From Eubacteriales bacterium (GTDB lineage: Bacteria > Bacillota > Clostridia > Oscillospirales > UBA644), in contig JAZQKK010000033.1 in assembly GCA_045542115.1 (NCBI GenBank), positions 488 to 64,487 of the forward strand: a stretch of DNA of 64,000 bases, given 5' to 3'. The notes under the pieces were generated by a model. It did no database searches. It had not been told where the DNA came from and worked only from the letters and a program-made list of their open reading frames with translations. Every line of letters starts with the position of its first letter. The stretch's first letter is position 1. A program made the position numbers and the translations under genes. Below, piece by piece: positions 50,327-62,149 of this stretch.

Positions 50327-51226
50327 ATGAAGGCTCAAATCAAATCCTTTTGTCTGGAATACGACTATCCGGAAGAAGCAATCAAATCCCTGTTGGCCGA
50401 TTTTGATGCAATAAAAAAAACGGAATACTATCCGCTGTTTAAAGCATACGTTGATATGTACAATGACGACGATCCTTCGTTTTCTTTTCCCAAAGCCTTG
50501 AAGGCGATGGAGATCGTTGCAAACGGAACCGGGATCAGTGAATATGCGATAAAATTTCTGCTTCACGTCTGTATGGCACAACATTGCCGTGAACTGTACG
50601 ACCAAGCGGGAATTCCCCTTAAAATTTATCACGACTCAATGCTTGATCTGAAATGGAAATTGATGGAGTGTAAGAAAAACTTTAACGTTTGGGGGTCCTT
50701 TGTTGCCTCTTGGTTTAATCGTTTCTTTGAACTCTCTCGCTTTGCCCTTGGCAGATTGCAATTTGAAGACGACCCTGCACAAGAGACTTATGAAAAGAAT
50801 GGTGTCAAATTAAATTACGGAGATTGGGTCCTCAACGTACATATTCCCTCATCCGGGAAATTGAGTGTGGAGGATTGTATGGAATCCTTCCGTATTGCCT
50901 CTGAATTTTTTGCAGACCGCTTCCCCGATGGAATTATAAAATTCCGTTGCAGCTCTTGGCTGTTAGCCCCCATCCACGATAAATATCTTCCCCCGGAATC
51001 CGGGATCCGAAAATTTGCAGATATGTTTGACGTAACAAAAGTTACGCCGAAACCGGAAGGAAACGACCTTTGGAGAATCTTCAACAAAGAGTATAACGGC
51101 TCTACCGAAGGTTTTCCGGCAGAAACGTCCCTGCAACGAGCGTATCTGAAACTTCTGTCTGACGGAAACGTTCCGGAAAGCGGGCTTGGTTTTATCTTGA
51201 TGAAAGACGGGAAAATAATCAACTGA
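50327..51226 (+). CDS. DUF5596/GNAT-like acyltransferase-domain protein
   Basis: FALGRLQFE, LNVHIP, CSSWLL, TSLQR. Confidence 0.65.
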   Translation: MKAQIKSFCLEYDYPEEAIKSLLADFDAIKKTEYYPLFKAYVDMYNDDDPSFSFPKALKAMEIVANGTGISEYAIKFLLHVCMAQHCRELYDQAGIPLKIYHDSMLDLKWKLMECKKNFNVWGSFVASWFNRFFELSRFALGRLQFEDDPAQETYEKNGVKLNYGDWVLNVHIPSSGKLSVEDCMESFRIASEFFADRFPDGIIKFRCSSWLLAPIHDKYLPPESGIRKFADMFDVTKVTPKPEGNDLWRIFNKEYNGSTEGFPAETSLQRAYLKLLSDGNVPESGLGFILMKDGKIIN

Positions 51227-51301
51227 TTATATGAACAGTTTGGGGCAATGCGGGAAAGCATTGCCCTATTTTTATGAACCGATAAGAAAGGAGACAGTAT
51301 T

Positions 51302-52663
51302 ATGAAAGAATCTTATTCGGAAATCACAAACTACATCCGCCAAATGGCAAATCTTTCCAACCGCAATCACAACATTACTCCTGATATGTACCGGGAGCAT
51401 AACGTCAACCGAGGCCTACGTGATATGAACGGGAACGGTGTCGTTACCGGCCTTACGGAAGTTTCCACGGTACTGTCCAAAGAAAAGGCTCCGGACGGAA
51501 CCCTGGTTCCCTGCCACGGGAGATTGTATTATCGGGGAATCAACATCAACGAATTGGTCCAAGGGTTTCAGAAGGACGACCGTTTCGGATTTGAAGAAAT
51601 CGTCTATCTCTTGTTATTCTCTCAATTACCAAACCAAACCGAACTGACTCGTTTTACGGAAGAATTGGCAGATTATCGCAGTCTTCCCCCGTCCTTCGTC
51701 CGGGATATGATTTTAAAAGCCCCGGGGAAAGATATGATGAATATCCTATCCCGTTGCGTACTGGCCCTGTATGCATACGATGATGATCCGGACAATATTT
51801 CGGTGGAAAACGTATTAAGACAAAGTATGCAGCTGATTGCAACTTTTCCGATGCTGGCAGTCTACGCCTACCTTTCCTATCGCCACTACCATCAGGGGAA
51901 AAGCCTCTACATCCATAACCCGAACCCCGCTCTTTCTACGGCGGAAAATTTTCTTGCAATGCTGAGAGAAGATGGAAAATATTCACCCCTCGAAGCAAAA
52001 ATTTTGGACTTGGCGTTCGTATTACACGCTGAGCACGGCGGCGGAAACAATTCCACATTCACCACCCACGTTGTCACCTCCTCCGGCACGGACACTTACT
52101 CTTCCGTTGCCGCTGCCTTAGGGTCTTTGAAAGGACCTCGCCACGGCGGAGCCAACGTAAAAGTCGTGCAGATGTTTGAAGATATGAAAGCAAGCGTAGA
52201 TACGGAAAATGTAGACGAGATCAAGGCCTATCTTTCTCGGCTCTTGGACAAGGAAGCCTTTGACCAGAAGGGCTTGATTTATGGGATGGGTCACGCGGTC
52301 TACTCCAAATCTGATCCACGTGCGGACATATTAAAGGTCTGCGCAAAAGAATTGTCCGAAGAAAAAGGATATCAAAAAGAATTTGCATTATATGAGACGG
52401 TGGCAAAATTAGCTCCGGAAATCATTGGGGAAAAGCGAAAGATCTATAAAGGCGTCAGCCCGAATGTAGACTTTTTCTCCGGTTTGATTTATAAAATGCT
52501 GGAACTCCCCTTCGAACTTTACACTCCTATATTTGCGGTTTCCCGCATCGCAGGGTGGTCCGCTCATCGAATTGAAGAAATCCAAAATGCGGAAAAAATT
52601 CTCCGACCCGCATATATTGGCGTAAAAACCGAAACACCGTATCTTCCGTTAAACGAACGATAA
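51302..52663 (+). CDS. Citrate/2-methylcitrate synthase
   Basis: LHAEHGGGNNST, GPRHGGAN, GMGHAVY, NVDFFSG. Confidence 0.93.
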   Translation: MKESYSEITNYIRQMANLSNRNHNITPDMYREHNVNRGLRDMNGNGVVTGLTEVSTVLSKEKAPDGTLVPCHGRLYYRGININELVQGFQKDDRFGFEEIVYLLLFSQLPNQTELTRFTEELADYRSLPPSFVRDMILKAPGKDMMNILSRCVLALYAYDDDPDNISVENVLRQSMQLIATFPMLAVYAYLSYRHYHQGKSLYIHNPNPALSTAENFLAMLREDGKYSPLEAKILDLAFVLHAEHGGGNNSTFTTHVVTSSGTDTYSSVAAALGSLKGPRHGGANVKVVQMFEDMKASVDTENVDEIKAYLSRLLDKEAFDQKGLIYGMGHAVYSKSDPRADILKVCAKELSEEKGYQKEFALYETVAKLAPEIIGEKRKIYKGVSPNVDFFSGLIYKMLELPFELYTPIFAVSRIAGWSAHRIEEIQNAEKILRPAYIGVKTETPYLPLNER

Positions 52664-52698
52664 AAATATCCCGTCATCCAACGATGACGGGATATTTT
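52663..52698. terminator. Bidirectional terminator
   Basis: AAAATATCCCGTCATC-CAAC-GATGACGGGATATTTT. Confidence 0.85.
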
Positions 52699-52712
52699 GT
52701 ATAAGCATTAAA

Positions 52713-54065
52713 TTAGATAATGCCGTGGGCAATCATTGCATCGGCAACTTTTTCAAATCCGGCGATATTAGCACCGGCAATCAAGTCACCTTCCATACCG
52801 TATTTCTTAGCGGCTTCGTAAGAATTCTTATAGATGTCAGCCATAATCTGATACAACTTTGCATCAACCTCTTCCGCGGTCCAGCTGTAACGCATCGAGT
52901 TCTGGCTCATTTCCAGACCGGAAACGGCAACCCCACCGGCGTTAACAGCCTTGGAAGGAGCAATCACAACACCGTTTTCTTTAAAGTAGGCAACGGCATC
53001 AGCGGTCGTGGGCATATTTGCAACTTCTACGTAATATTTTACACCGTTTGCAACGATATTCTTCGCATCTTCAATACGAACTTCGTTCTGGGTCGCACAG
53101 GGCATACAGACGTCAACCTTTTGTTCCCAAGGTTTTTTGCCGGCAAAGAAGGGAACGCCGAACTTGTCTGCATAATCCTGAACTTTATCCCGACCGGAGG
53201 CACGCATCTCCAACAGGAAGTTAATCTTTTCTTCGGTCACAACACCGTCAGCATCGTAAACATAACCATCGGGACCGGAGATGGTAACGACCTTACCGCC
53301 CAGTTCCGCAACTTTCTTCGCAGTACCCCAAGCAACGTTACCGAATCCGGAGATAGCAAAGGTCTTGCCCTTTACTTCTTCGCCGAAGGTCTTCAACATT
53401 TCCACAACGTAATAGACCGCACCAAAACCGGTGGCTTCGGGACGAATCAAAGAACCGCCGAAGGAACGGCCTTTACCAGTCAAAACGCCGGTAAATTCAT
53501 TGCGGAGTCTCTTATACTGACCGAACATATAACCGACTTCCCGAGCACCAACACCGATATCACCGGCAGGAACGTCAGTGTCCGCACCGATATGTCTGGA
53601 AAGTTCCGTCATAAAGGCTTGGCAAAACCGCATAATCTCTCCATCGCTCTTTCCACGGGGGTCGAAGTCGGAACCACCCTTACCACCGCCCATAGGAAGA
53701 CCGGTCAGGCTGTTCTTAAAGGTCTGTTCAAATCCGAGGAACTTCATAATGGAATAGTTTACGGAAGGATGGAAACGAATTCCGCCCTTATAAGGCCCAA
53801 TAGCAGAATTGAATTGAATTCTGTATCCGCGATTTACCTGTACCTTTCCGTTATCGTCAACCCAGGAAACACGGAAGGAAATCTGACGTTCCGGTTCCAC
53901 CATACGTTCGATAACACCGGACTGTTCAAACTTGGGGTTTTGCTCGATTACAGGTTCGAGAGATTCCAAAACCTCATACACGGCCTGGAGAAATTCAGGC
54001 TCGCCGGGATTGCGTTTTTCAACGCCTTCGTAAACATCGTTAAGGTATTTACTTTTGAAGCTCAT
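52713..54065 (-). CDS. gdhA: NADP-specific glutamate dehydrogenase
   Basis: GPYKGG, GGGKGG, DVPAGD, RPEATG, GFGNVA; start MSFKS after GGAGG. Confidence 0.96.
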   Translation of the reverse strand: MSFKSKYLNDVYEGVEKRNPGEPEFLQAVYEVLESLEPVIEQNPKFEQSGVIERMVEPERQISFRVSWVDDNGKVQVNRGYRIQFNSAIGPYKGGIRFHPSVNYSIMKFLGFEQTFKNSLTGLPMGGGKGGSDFDPRGKSDGEIMRFCQAFMTELSRHIGADTDVPAGDIGVGAREVGYMFGQYKRLRNEFTGVLTGKGRSFGGSLIRPEATGFGAVYYVVEMLKTFGEEVKGKTFAISGFGNVAWGTAKKVAELGGKVVTISGPDGYVYDADGVVTEEKINFLLEMRASGRDKVQDYADKFGVPFFAGKKPWEQKVDVCMPCATQNEVRIEDAKNIVANGVKYYVEVANMPTTADAVAYFKENGVVIAPSKAVNAGGVAVSGLEMSQNSMRYSWTAEEVDAKLYQIMADIYKNSYEAAKKYGMEGDLIAGANIAGFEKVADAMIAHGII

Positions 54066-54342
54066 TGCACTTACCTCCATAACTAATGATGGAATAATTA
54101 TATAACTTTCCGTGACAAAAATCAAGTATTTGCGAAAAAATATACAAAATGTTCCGATTTTTCTCCATTCAAAAATTGGTTGCAACAGAATTTTCGAACA
54201 AAATGATAAAAATATGAAACGCAAACCGAAACAAAAAGTAAAATCTATTGCTTTTTTAGGCCGTTTGTTGTATAATAAGATAAAATTATTTACCGTTATA
54301 AGTATGACGTGATTAAATACCGATACGGAGGATGGAAACATT

Positions 54343-55440
54343 ATGGCAGACGCACAGGAAAACAGAAAAAAAGCCCTTGAAACCGCGCTGAGTCAAATTG
54401 AAAAAACCTTTGGGAAAGGTTCGGTTATGACGTTGGGTCAAAACTCTACGTTGAGCGTAGAAAGCGTTTCGACCGGGTCCTTTGGTCTGGACCTGGCCCT
54501 CGGGGTCGGGGGAATTCCCAAAGGACGTATTACTGAAATCTACGGACCGGAAAGCTCCGGGAAAACGACCGTTGCCCTGCATACCATTGCAGAATGTCAG
54601 AAAAAAGGCGGAACGGCAGCATTTATCGATGCCGAGCACGCGCTTGACCCCGTTTATGCCGCAGAATTGGGCGTTGACGTAGATTCCTTGCTGGTCTCCC
54701 AGCCGGATAACGGAGAACAGGCACTGGAAATCACCGAGACCTTAGTTCGTTCCGGTGCGGTGGATATCATCGTCGTTGACTCCGTCGCTGCCCTTGTGCC
54801 CAAAGCGGAAATCGAAGGTGATATGGGAGACTCCCACGTAGGTCTTCACGCCCGGATGATGTCTCAGGCTTTGCGGAAACTGGCCGGTATTATCTCTAAA
54901 ACCAAATGTATCTGCATCTTTATCAATCAGCTGCGTTCCAAAATCGGCGTAATGTACGGCCCCACGGAAGTAACCACCGGGGGGAACGCGCTGAAATTCT
55001 ACGCTTCGGTTCGCTTGGACGTCCGCCGCATCGAAACGTTGAAAAACGGTACGGAAGCCTACGGTTCCCGCACCCGCGTCAAGATTGTGAAAAATAAAGT
55101 GTCTCCTCCCTTCCGCGAAACCGAATTTGACCTGATTTACGGAAAAGGGATTTCCCGCTCCGGCGAAATGTTAGACTGTGCCGTAAAATTGGGCATCCTT
55201 CAAAAATCCGGCGGCTGGTTCTCTTACGGCGATGAACGGCTTGGGAACGGTCGGGAAAACATTAAAAAGATGATTGAAACCGACGAAGCTTTGGCCGCCC
55301 GTCTGGAAAAGGATTTGTTTGCAAAACTCCACGGAAACGAAGCCGCTGTGGAAGAAGTCACAAAATCTTCCCGGCAACCCAAAACCGCCACGGAGAAGTC
55401 TGCAAATATTAATATTTCCGCCGACGACTTTGAAGGCTGA
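54343..55440 (+). CDS. recA: Recombinase A
   Basis: [22 protein letters not shown]. Confidence 0.99.
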   Translation: MADAQENRKKALETALSQIEKTFGKGSVMTLGQNSTLSVESVSTGSFGLDLALGVGGIPKGRITEIYGPESSGKTTVALHTIAECQKKGGTAAFIDAEHALDPVYAAELGVDVDSLLVSQPDNGEQALEITETLVRSGAVDIIVVDSVAALVPKAEIEGDMGDSHVGLHARMMSQALRKLAGIISKTKCICIFINQLRSKIGVMYGPTEVTTGGNALKFYASVRLDVRRIETLKNGTEAYGSRTRVKIVKNKVSPPFRETEFDLIYGKGISRSGEMLDCAVKLGILQKSGGWFSYGDERLGNGRENIKKMIETDEALAARLEKDLFAKLHGNEAAVEEVTKSSRQPKTATEKSANINISADDFEG

Positions 55441-55442
55441 GT

Positions 55443-56081
55443 ATGGTTTTAATTACTGAAATTCGTCCCCGCCGCAGAACAAAACTCTTTGAAGTCTATT
55501 CTGAAAACGGATTGGAATTTCTTGCCAACGAGAAATTTCTGAACGGGAACGACATTCTCCCCTATGCGGAGTTTAATGAGGAAGAGTTTGAATTGATTCG
55601 TGCGAAAGCTCACCTTTTGGACGGAATCCGCAAGTGTGTGGACATTCTGAGCCGAAAAGACTATTCCAAGCAAGAGCTTCTTCGTAAACTTGCAGATAAG
55701 GGGATTCCGGAAGATGCTGCCGAAGCCGCTGTTACGTATATGACAGACCACGGCTACCAAGACGACACCCGCTATGCAAAGCGCTTGGCGGAACTGGGAG
55801 CAAATTCCTACGGTCGCCGACGGGTGGAACAAATGCTTTATACCCACGGAATTGATAAAGATATCGCCCGTACCGTTTGTGATGAGGTCTTTGATGATTG
55901 GGACCGGGAAGCGGAAAAAATTGACTCAATTCTTGAAAAAACCATTCGGGATAACGATATCAGCGACCCAAATCAACGAAACAAAATCTTTGCAAAATTA
56001 GCCCGTTTAGGGTATTCTTCTTCCGCTATCTCGGCAGCGTTTGCCCGGTATCGGGAAAAGAGAAAGGATGAATCCTTTTGA
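55443..56081 (+). CDS. recX: Regulatory protein RecX
   Basis: LSRKDYSKQEL, GYQDD, LARLGY; follows recA. Confidence 0.88.
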   Translation: MVLITEIRPRRRTKLFEVYSENGLEFLANEKFLNGNDILPYAEFNEEEFELIRAKAHLLDGIRKCVDILSRKDYSKQELLRKLADKGIPEDAAEAAVTYMTDHGYQDDTRYAKRLAELGANSYGRRRVEQMLYTHGIDKDIARTVCDEVFDDWDREAEKIDSILEKTIRDNDISDPNQRNKIFAKLARLGYSSSAISAAFARYREKRKDESF

Positions 56082-57376
56082 ACGTCGGAATGATTGCTTT
56101 GGGGTGTGCAAAAAACCGCATTGATGCGGAAATGATGTTGCAACAACTTCACGACGAAGGGTTTGAGATCACCTCGGACCTGTCTGAGTGCCACGCTGTT
56201 GTCGTCCACACCTGCACCTTTATCGATGCTGCAAAATCGGAATCCATTGATGCGATTTTGGAGGCTGCGGCATATAAAAAGAACGGAAAGCTGAAACGCC
56301 TTATCGTCACCGGATGTATGGCAGAACGATATCAAAATGAAGTTTTGAAACTTCTCCCCGAAGTAGACGCCTGCCTTGGATCCAGAAGTTTTGACAAGGT
56401 GGTTGAGGCCATTCGTTGTGATGGCACATTTGAGGAATACAAACCTCTCACCTGTTGTCCGCCGGAATACGACCGGATGCTTACCACAGGAAACAAATCG
56501 GTTTATTTGCGGATTGGCGAAGGATGTTCCAATCACTGTTCCTACTGTGTTATCCCTTCGGTCCGAGGGGAATTTATCCCCCGGTCCTATGAGTCAATTA
56601 TGGCAGAAGCCAAAACATTGGCAATGGGCGGTGCGGTTGAAATCAATCTGATTGCTCAGGATACGACAAAACACCCCGACCTGTGCCGTTTGATTCGCGA
56701 CATCGCGGCGATTGATACGGTTCGCTGGATGCGAATCCTCTACTGCCGTCCGGAAGAAATTACCGATGAATTGTTGCAAACAATGGCGGACGTGGAAAAA
56801 TGCGTGCCCTACATCGACGTTCCGCTGCAACACGCATCGGGAAGGATTCTGAAAAAGATGAATCGCACCGGTGACGACAAATCTCTTACGGATCTTATTT
56901 CGCATATTCGGGAAGTTCTTCCCGATTGCAGTGTTAGAACTACCTTCATTACCGGGTTTCCCACCGAAAACGAAGAAGACTTCGAAATTCTCTGCAACTT
57001 TGTCAAGACCAACCGTTTTGCCAATCTCGGCGTTTTTCCCTATTCCCGGGAAGAAGGTACGCCGGCCGGTCGGATGCGGGGACAAATCGACGAAGAGACA
57101 AAACAACGTCGCGCGGACTTGATTATGGAAATTCAGCATAATCTTCTGGAAGAAACAAACCGTCCGCTGTTAGGGAAAACCGTAGACGTTCTTTGCGAAG
57201 GGAAAAACGAAGACGGAACCTTTTTTGGACGTGCCTATTTCCAGGCACCGGAAGTCGACGGGCAGGTTATATTCACAACAAACACCCCCGTAACCCCCGG
57301 CGAATTTGTTCCGGTTCTTTTAAGGAAATACAACGAATATGATTTTTACGGAACAGTCTCGTTCCCCCAGGAGTGA
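56078..57376 (+). CDS. rimO: Ribosomal protein S12 methylthiotransferase
   Basis: LGCAKN, GCMAERY, CSNHCSYC, APEVDG TRAM domain. Confidence 0.93.
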   Translation: MNVGMIALGCAKNRIDAEMMLQQLHDEGFEITSDLSECHAVVVHTCTFIDAAKSESIDAILEAAAYKKNGKLKRLIVTGCMAERYQNEVLKLLPEVDACLGSRSFDKVVEAIRCDGTFEEYKPLTCCPPEYDRMLTTGNKSVYLRIGEGCSNHCSYCVIPSVRGEFIPRSYESIMAEAKTLAMGGAVEINLIAQDTTKHPDLCRLIRDIAAIDTVRWMRILYCRPEEITDELLQTMADVEKCVPYIDVPLQHASGRILKKMNRTGDDKSLTDLISHIREVLPDCSVRTTFITGFPTENEEDFEILCNFVKTNRFANLGVFPYSREEGTPAGRMRGQIDEETKQRRADLIMEIQHNLLEETNRPLLGKTVDVLCEGKNEDGTFFGRAYFQAPEVDGQVIFTTNTPVTPGEFVPVLLRKYNEYDFYGTVSFPQE

Positions 57377-57381
57377 TTACA

Positions 57382-57984
57382 ATGCAGAAAAAAGACATTC
57401 CCAACGCAATATGCTGGTTTCGAATTGCCTTAATTCCCTTGGTTTTGTTCTTTCTTATTGAAAGCAATCTAACCGGGTGGATTTCCTATTCCGTTTCCCT
57501 GTTGGTATCTGGAATCTTATATGGCGTTGCGATGATTTCCGACGCCGTAGACGGAAAAATTGCAAGAAAATACAATTACGTTTCCGACCTTGGGAAATTT
57601 TTGGATCCCATTGCGGATAAAATGTTAGTATTGAGCGTATGTATTGCCTTTGCCGGAATCGGCGCCTTTGGGCACATTATGCTGATCTCGGTCATCGCAA
57701 TCCTCTTGCGTGAATTGATGATTTCGGGGCTTCGACTTTCCGCGGCATCTCACGGAGTTGTCGTTGCCGCAAATTGGTGGGGCAAGGTTAAGACTATTAT
57801 TCAGGGGATTTCCATCGGCATTACCTATCTGTTTCTGTTCTTGGATTCCATTGCTGTCTGCAACCCTTATGTTCCTTGGTATTTTCTGCTGATTCCCGAA
57901 CTTCTTTTTGCAATCAACGCAATTTACACTTGGATTTCCGCAATTCCCTACATTAAGGCCTGTGCGCCGTATTTGAAAGGCTGA
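57382..57984 (+). CDS. pgsA: Phosphatidylglycerophosphate synthase
   Basis: DAVDGKIAR...GKFLDPIADK CDP-alcohol motif. Confidence 0.9.
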   Translation: MQKKDIPNAICWFRIALIPLVLFFLIESNLTGWISYSVSLLVSGILYGVAMISDAVDGKIARKYNYVSDLGKFLDPIADKMLVLSVCIAFAGIGAFGHIMLISVIAILLRELMISGLRLSAASHGVVVAANWWGKVKTIIQGISIGITYLFLFLDSIAVCNPYVPWYFLLIPELLFAINAIYTWISAIPYIKACAPYLKG

Positions 57985-57993
57985 CCGCTCGCT

Positions 57994-58653
57994 ATGTTCA
58001 AAAATCTGCGTTATGATATTCGTGCCATTCGGGAACGGGACCCTGCGGCCCGCTCCAATGCGGAAGTGTTTTTCTGCTACCCCGGACTGCACGTTCTCAT
58101 CTACCATCGTATCGCAAACTATTTTTATCGACACAATCATAAGCTGATTGCCCGTATGATTTCCCAGCACGCCCGCAAACGTACCGGCATTGAAATTCAC
58201 CCTGCGGCAAAAATCGGACGAGGGCTTCTCATTGACCACGGGATGGGTGTTGTAATTGGAGAAACGGCGGAAATCGGCGATAACTGTACCATCTATCACG
58301 GAGTTACCTTAGGCGGTACGGGGAAAGAATCCGGGAAACGACATCCGACCATCGGAAATAATGTGTTTATCGGAGCACATTCTCAACTGCTTGGCTCCTT
58401 TTCGGTCGGCGACAACAGTAAGATTGCCGCCGGTTCCGTGGTTCTGGGCGACATCCCCCCCAACAGCACCGCCGTCGGCTCCCCTGCTCGTATCGTGAAA
58501 CGAGACGGCGTGCGGATGGATAATTTTGATAACGTTCACATTCCCGACCCCGTATCCCAGGAAATCTGCAAATTGCGAATTCAGTTGGAGCGGTTGGCGA
58601 AGGATTGTACCGATATAAAAAATCAAGAGAGCAAAACACAGGAGAACGAATAA
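57994..58653 (+). CDS. cysE: Serine O-acetyltransferase
   Basis: RDPAA, TGIEIHP, IDHGMG, KRHPT. Confidence 0.96.
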   Translation: MFKNLRYDIRAIRERDPAARSNAEVFFCYPGLHVLIYHRIANYFYRHNHKLIARMISQHARKRTGIEIHPAAKIGRGLLIDHGMGVVIGETAEIGDNCTIYHGVTLGGTGKESGKRHPTIGNNVFIGAHSQLLGSFSVGDNSKIAAGSVVLGDIPPNSTAVGSPARIVKRDGVRMDNFDNVHIPDPVSQEICKLRIQLERLAKDCTDIKNQESKTQENE

Positions 58654-58654
58654 T

Positions 58655-60061
58655 ATGCTGAAACTCTACAACTCCCTTACCAATAAAGTGGAAGAATTTA
58701 AACCGGCAGACAATACCGTCCGTATCTATGCCTGCGGTCCTACCGTGTATAACTTTTTCCACGTAGGAAACGGCCGCTCTTTTATGATGTTCGACACCCT
58801 GCGGCGGTATTTGGAATTCAAAGGCTACGACGTGAAATACGTTCAAAATTTCACCGACGTGGACGATAAAATGATTAAGAGGGCAAACGAAGAAAACATT
58901 ACCGTAGCCCAAGTTGCGGAAAAATATATCAACGAGTACTTTACCGACGCTGACGGCCTGAATATCAAGCGCGCTACCGTTCACCCCCGGGCCACGGAGA
59001 ACATTGATGGAATCATTGAGTTGGTCTCCTCGCTGATTGAAAAGGGCCACGCGTACGAAAGTAACGGCGACGTATATTTCCGTGTCCGCAGTTTTCCGGA
59101 ATACGGAACCAGCCTCTTAAAACAATCCATTGAAGACTTGGCCTCCGGCGCCCGGATTGACGTGAGTGAAATCAAGGAGGACCCCCTGGACTTTGCGCTG
59201 TGGAAGGCTTCCAAACCCGGAGAACCCCATTGGACGTCTCCTTGGGGTGAAGGGCGTCCCGGATGGCATATCGAATGCAGTGCAATGGCAAAACGCTATT
59301 TAGGTGACACGATCGACATTCACTGTGGCGGTCACGACTTAAAATTCCCTCACCACGAAAACGAAATTGCCCAATCCCAATGTGCAAATGGATGTACTTT
59401 TGCAAAATCCTGGTTCCATATCGGATTTGTTAACGTTAACAATGAAAAAATGAGCAAATCCAAAAACAACTTCTTTACCGTCCGCGACCTCTCCAAGGTT
59501 TACGGATATCTGCCTTTACGTTATTTTGCAGTATCCGCCCACTATCGGATGCCCATCAACTACGAACCCGGCATTATTGAACAGGCAAAAGCATCCTTGG
59601 AACGCATCAATAATTGCTTGACCAATTTGAAATTCCTTGCCAAAAATGCTCCCGAAGCAGAATTGACCGAAGAACAAAAGGAATATCTGGATTCCTTCCG
59701 GGTTTATCGCGACCGGTTCGAAGCCGCAATGGACGACGACCTGAATACGGCAAATGCATTGACGGCAATTTTTGACCTTATCAAACAAATCAACGTTACC
59801 GCCAAAGAGGGGTATCCAAAAGCCGTATACGAGGGGCTCGTGGCGAAAGTCGAAGAATTGATTGACGTGCTTGGACTTCTTGCAAAGGAAGAAGCAAACG
59901 AAGACGATGCCGCGATTGATGCCCTTATCGAAGAACGTACGGCCGCTCGCAAAGCGAAAGACTGGGCAAAAGCAGATGCCATCCGAGACCAGTTGACTGC
60001 AATGGGAATCATCCTAGAAGACACCCCGGCCGGAATTCGCTGGAAGCGGGCGGAAAAATAA
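58655..60061 (+). CDS. cysS: Cysteine--tRNA ligase
   Basis: [24 protein letters not shown]. Confidence 0.98.
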   Translation: MLKLYNSLTNKVEEFKPADNTVRIYACGPTVYNFFHVGNGRSFMMFDTLRRYLEFKGYDVKYVQNFTDVDDKMIKRANEENITVAQVAEKYINEYFTDADGLNIKRATVHPRATENIDGIIELVSSLIEKGHAYESNGDVYFRVRSFPEYGTSLLKQSIEDLASGARIDVSEIKEDPLDFALWKASKPGEPHWTSPWGEGRPGWHIECSAMAKRYLGDTIDIHCGGHDLKFPHHENEIAQSQCANGCTFAKSWFHIGFVNVNNEKMSKSKNNFFTVRDLSKVYGYLPLRYFAVSAHYRMPINYEPGIIEQAKASLERINNCLTNLKFLAKNAPEAELTEEQKEYLDSFRVYRDRFEAAMDDDLNTANALTAIFDLIKQINVTAKEGYPKAVYEGLVAKVEELIDVLGLLAKEEANEDDAAIDALIEERTAARKAKDWAKADAIRDQLTAMGIILEDTPAGIRWKRAEK

Positions 60062-60079
60062 GAAATTACGGAAAATAAG

Positions 60080-62107
60080 ATGATTGACGTTTTAAACAGC
60101 CCCGTAACGGTGTTGCGGGGAATCGGCTCAAAGCGTGCCGAACTGCTGAAAAAACTGAATATCATTACCTGTGCGGATTTGATTCAATACTTTCCGCGGG
60201 GGTACTTGAATATGTCGGAAATCAACCCCATTGACAAATTAGTTAACGGGCAGACCGCCACCGTCGTGGCTAAGGTGAGTTCCGACATATCCAAGCGAGT
60301 GGGGAAGCGTGTGACTCGCTTCCTCTTTTCCGTTTCCGATTCCCGCGGGAATTCAGTCTACGTTACTATATACAATCAAAAATACACCGCCGAACATCTC
60401 CATCCCGGGATGACGATTCTCCTTCACGGGCCGGTAAAAGTAACAGGCATCGTGCGACAGATGGAATCTCCTCAAATTCGCATCGATGCCATCCCCGAAA
60501 TCGAGCCTATTTATCCGTTGACCGAAGGGGTAACGCAAGCCTCTTTGGCCCGCAATATAGAAACTGCACTTCAAGCCTGTGACGCCCAATTAAAGGAGAT
60601 GTTGCTTCCCTCTCTTCGGGAGCAGTACAATCTCCCCGAAATCCACGAAGCATTTCGTTCCATCCACTTTCCGAAGACAATGCAAGAGGCGGAACGGGCG
60701 AAAAATCGCTTTATTTTTGAAGAATTGTTTCTCTTTACCGTTGGAGTACGAATTTTAAAACTGAGAGTCAAAAAATTAGATGCTCCGAAACTGAAACCGG
60801 CAGACCTGACCCCCTTTCTGAATCGTCTCCCCTACGCGCTAACCGGAGCGCAGAAACGAGTGATAAAGGAATGTTTTGATTCCATCCGTTGTCCCCATCC
60901 GATGTCCAGACTGATTCAGGGCGACGTGGGGAGCGGAAAAACCGTCATTGCGGCGGCAGTCTCCTATCTTGCCGCACGCAACGGTATGCAGACGGCCCTA
61001 ATGGTTCCGACGGAAATTTTAGCAATCCAACATTACGAAACTCTTTCCAGATTGTTGACTCCTTGCGGAATTCGGGTAGAATTACTCACCAGGTCGATGC
61101 GCGCCACGGACAAAAGAGATGTTCTACTTCGTTTGGAAGGTGGAGAAACACAACTTGTCATCGGCACCCACGCCTTGATTCAGAAAAACGTCAAATTTAA
61201 AAATCTTGCCGTTGCCATCGCGGATGAGCAGCATCGCTTTGGAGTTCAACAACGGGCGGCAATGCAGGAAAAAGGGCAAAATCCCCATATGATTTTCTTG
61301 TCCGCAACGCCGATTCCCCGTTCTTTGGCATTGGTTTTATACGGCGATTTGGACATCTCCATCTTGGATGAACTGCCTCCGGGAAGAATACCGGTAGCGA
61401 CCCGAAAGGTTGGAAGTGAACTTGCTCCGAAGATGTATACCTATTTAAAAGAGAAAACCCTTTCCGGAGAACAGGCGTACATCGTATGTCCCTCGGTGGA
61501 GGGAAGCGACGATATGAAAAGTGCCGTGGATTTTTGTGAAGAACTGCGGCAAACTTATCTCAAAGACGTTTCTGTTGCTTGCCTTCACGGTCGGATGAAG
61601 AGCGAAGAAAAAGAACGGATTCTTTCCGATTTTGTTAAAAACAAAATATCGGTCTTAGTATCCACCACAGTCATCGAAGTAGGTGTAAACGTACCGAACG
61701 CTACTACTATGATTATTGAAAATGCTGAGAGATTCGGTCTATCTCAGCTTCATCAGCTGCGGGGACGGGTTGGCCGCGGGAAAAAGAAATCCTATTGCTT
61801 TATCGTCTCAGATGATGAAAACGAAGAAACAAAAGAACGCCTTTCCGCTTTTTGTTCCACAAACGACGGATTTGAAATCAGCCGAAAGGATTTAGAATTA
61901 CGCGGTCCAGGAGACTTTTTAGGCAATCGACAACACGGATTACCCCCTTTTAAAATTGCAGACCTAACCCGAGATATGAAAATTCTTGAACAAGTTTCCA
62001 AGGTAGCGGACCGTCTTTTTGAGGACCCTTCCTGGTTCATTCTTCCGGAAAATCGGGCACTGTTTATCGCCTCTTCGGAAATGCTTCGTTCCGCAATGTT
62101 ACAATAG
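60080..62107 (+). CDS. recG: ATP-dependent DNA helicase RecG
   Basis: QGDVGSGKT, DEQHRFG, SATPIPR, QLRGRVGR. Confidence 0.97.
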   Translation: MIDVLNSPVTVLRGIGSKRAELLKKLNIITCADLIQYFPRGYLNMSEINPIDKLVNGQTATVVAKVSSDISKRVGKRVTRFLFSVSDSRGNSVYVTIYNQKYTAEHLHPGMTILLHGPVKVTGIVRQMESPQIRIDAIPEIEPIYPLTEGVTQASLARNIETALQACDAQLKEMLLPSLREQYNLPEIHEAFRSIHFPKTMQEAERAKNRFIFEELFLFTVGVRILKLRVKKLDAPKLKPADLTPFLNRLPYALTGAQKRVIKECFDSIRCPHPMSRLIQGDVGSGKTVIAAAVSYLAARNGMQTALMVPTEILAIQHYETLSRLLTPCGIRVELLTRSMRATDKRDVLLRLEGGETQLVIGTHALIQKNVKFKNLAVAIADEQHRFGVQQRAAMQEKGQNPHMIFLSATPIPRSLALVLYGDLDISILDELPPGRIPVATRKVGSELAPKMYTYLKEKTLSGEQAYIVCPSVEGSDDMKSAVDFCEELRQTYLKDVSVACLHGRMKSEEKERILSDFVKNKISVLVSTTVIEVGVNVPNATTMIIENAERFGLSQLHQLRGRVGRGKKKSYCFIVSDDENEETKERLSAFCSTNDGFEISRKDLELRGPGDFLGNRQHGLPPFKIADLTRDMKILEQVSKVADRLFEDPSWFILPENRALFIASSEMLRSAMLQ

Positions 62108-62149
62108 TAACAAGATTGTGACATTTTAGAGGAAAACTCGGACTATCTC

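Noticed and set aside
52725-54086. 453-aa ORF antisense to gdhA
   Set aside because: Shadow frame of a strongly codon-biased gene; no motifs
54066-54341. N-terminal extension of gdhA in the ORF track
   Set aside because: AT-rich divergent promoter region; real RBS precedes ATG at 54065
54100-54342. LexA box upstream of recA
   Set aside because: No convincing GAAC-N4-GTTC found by eye
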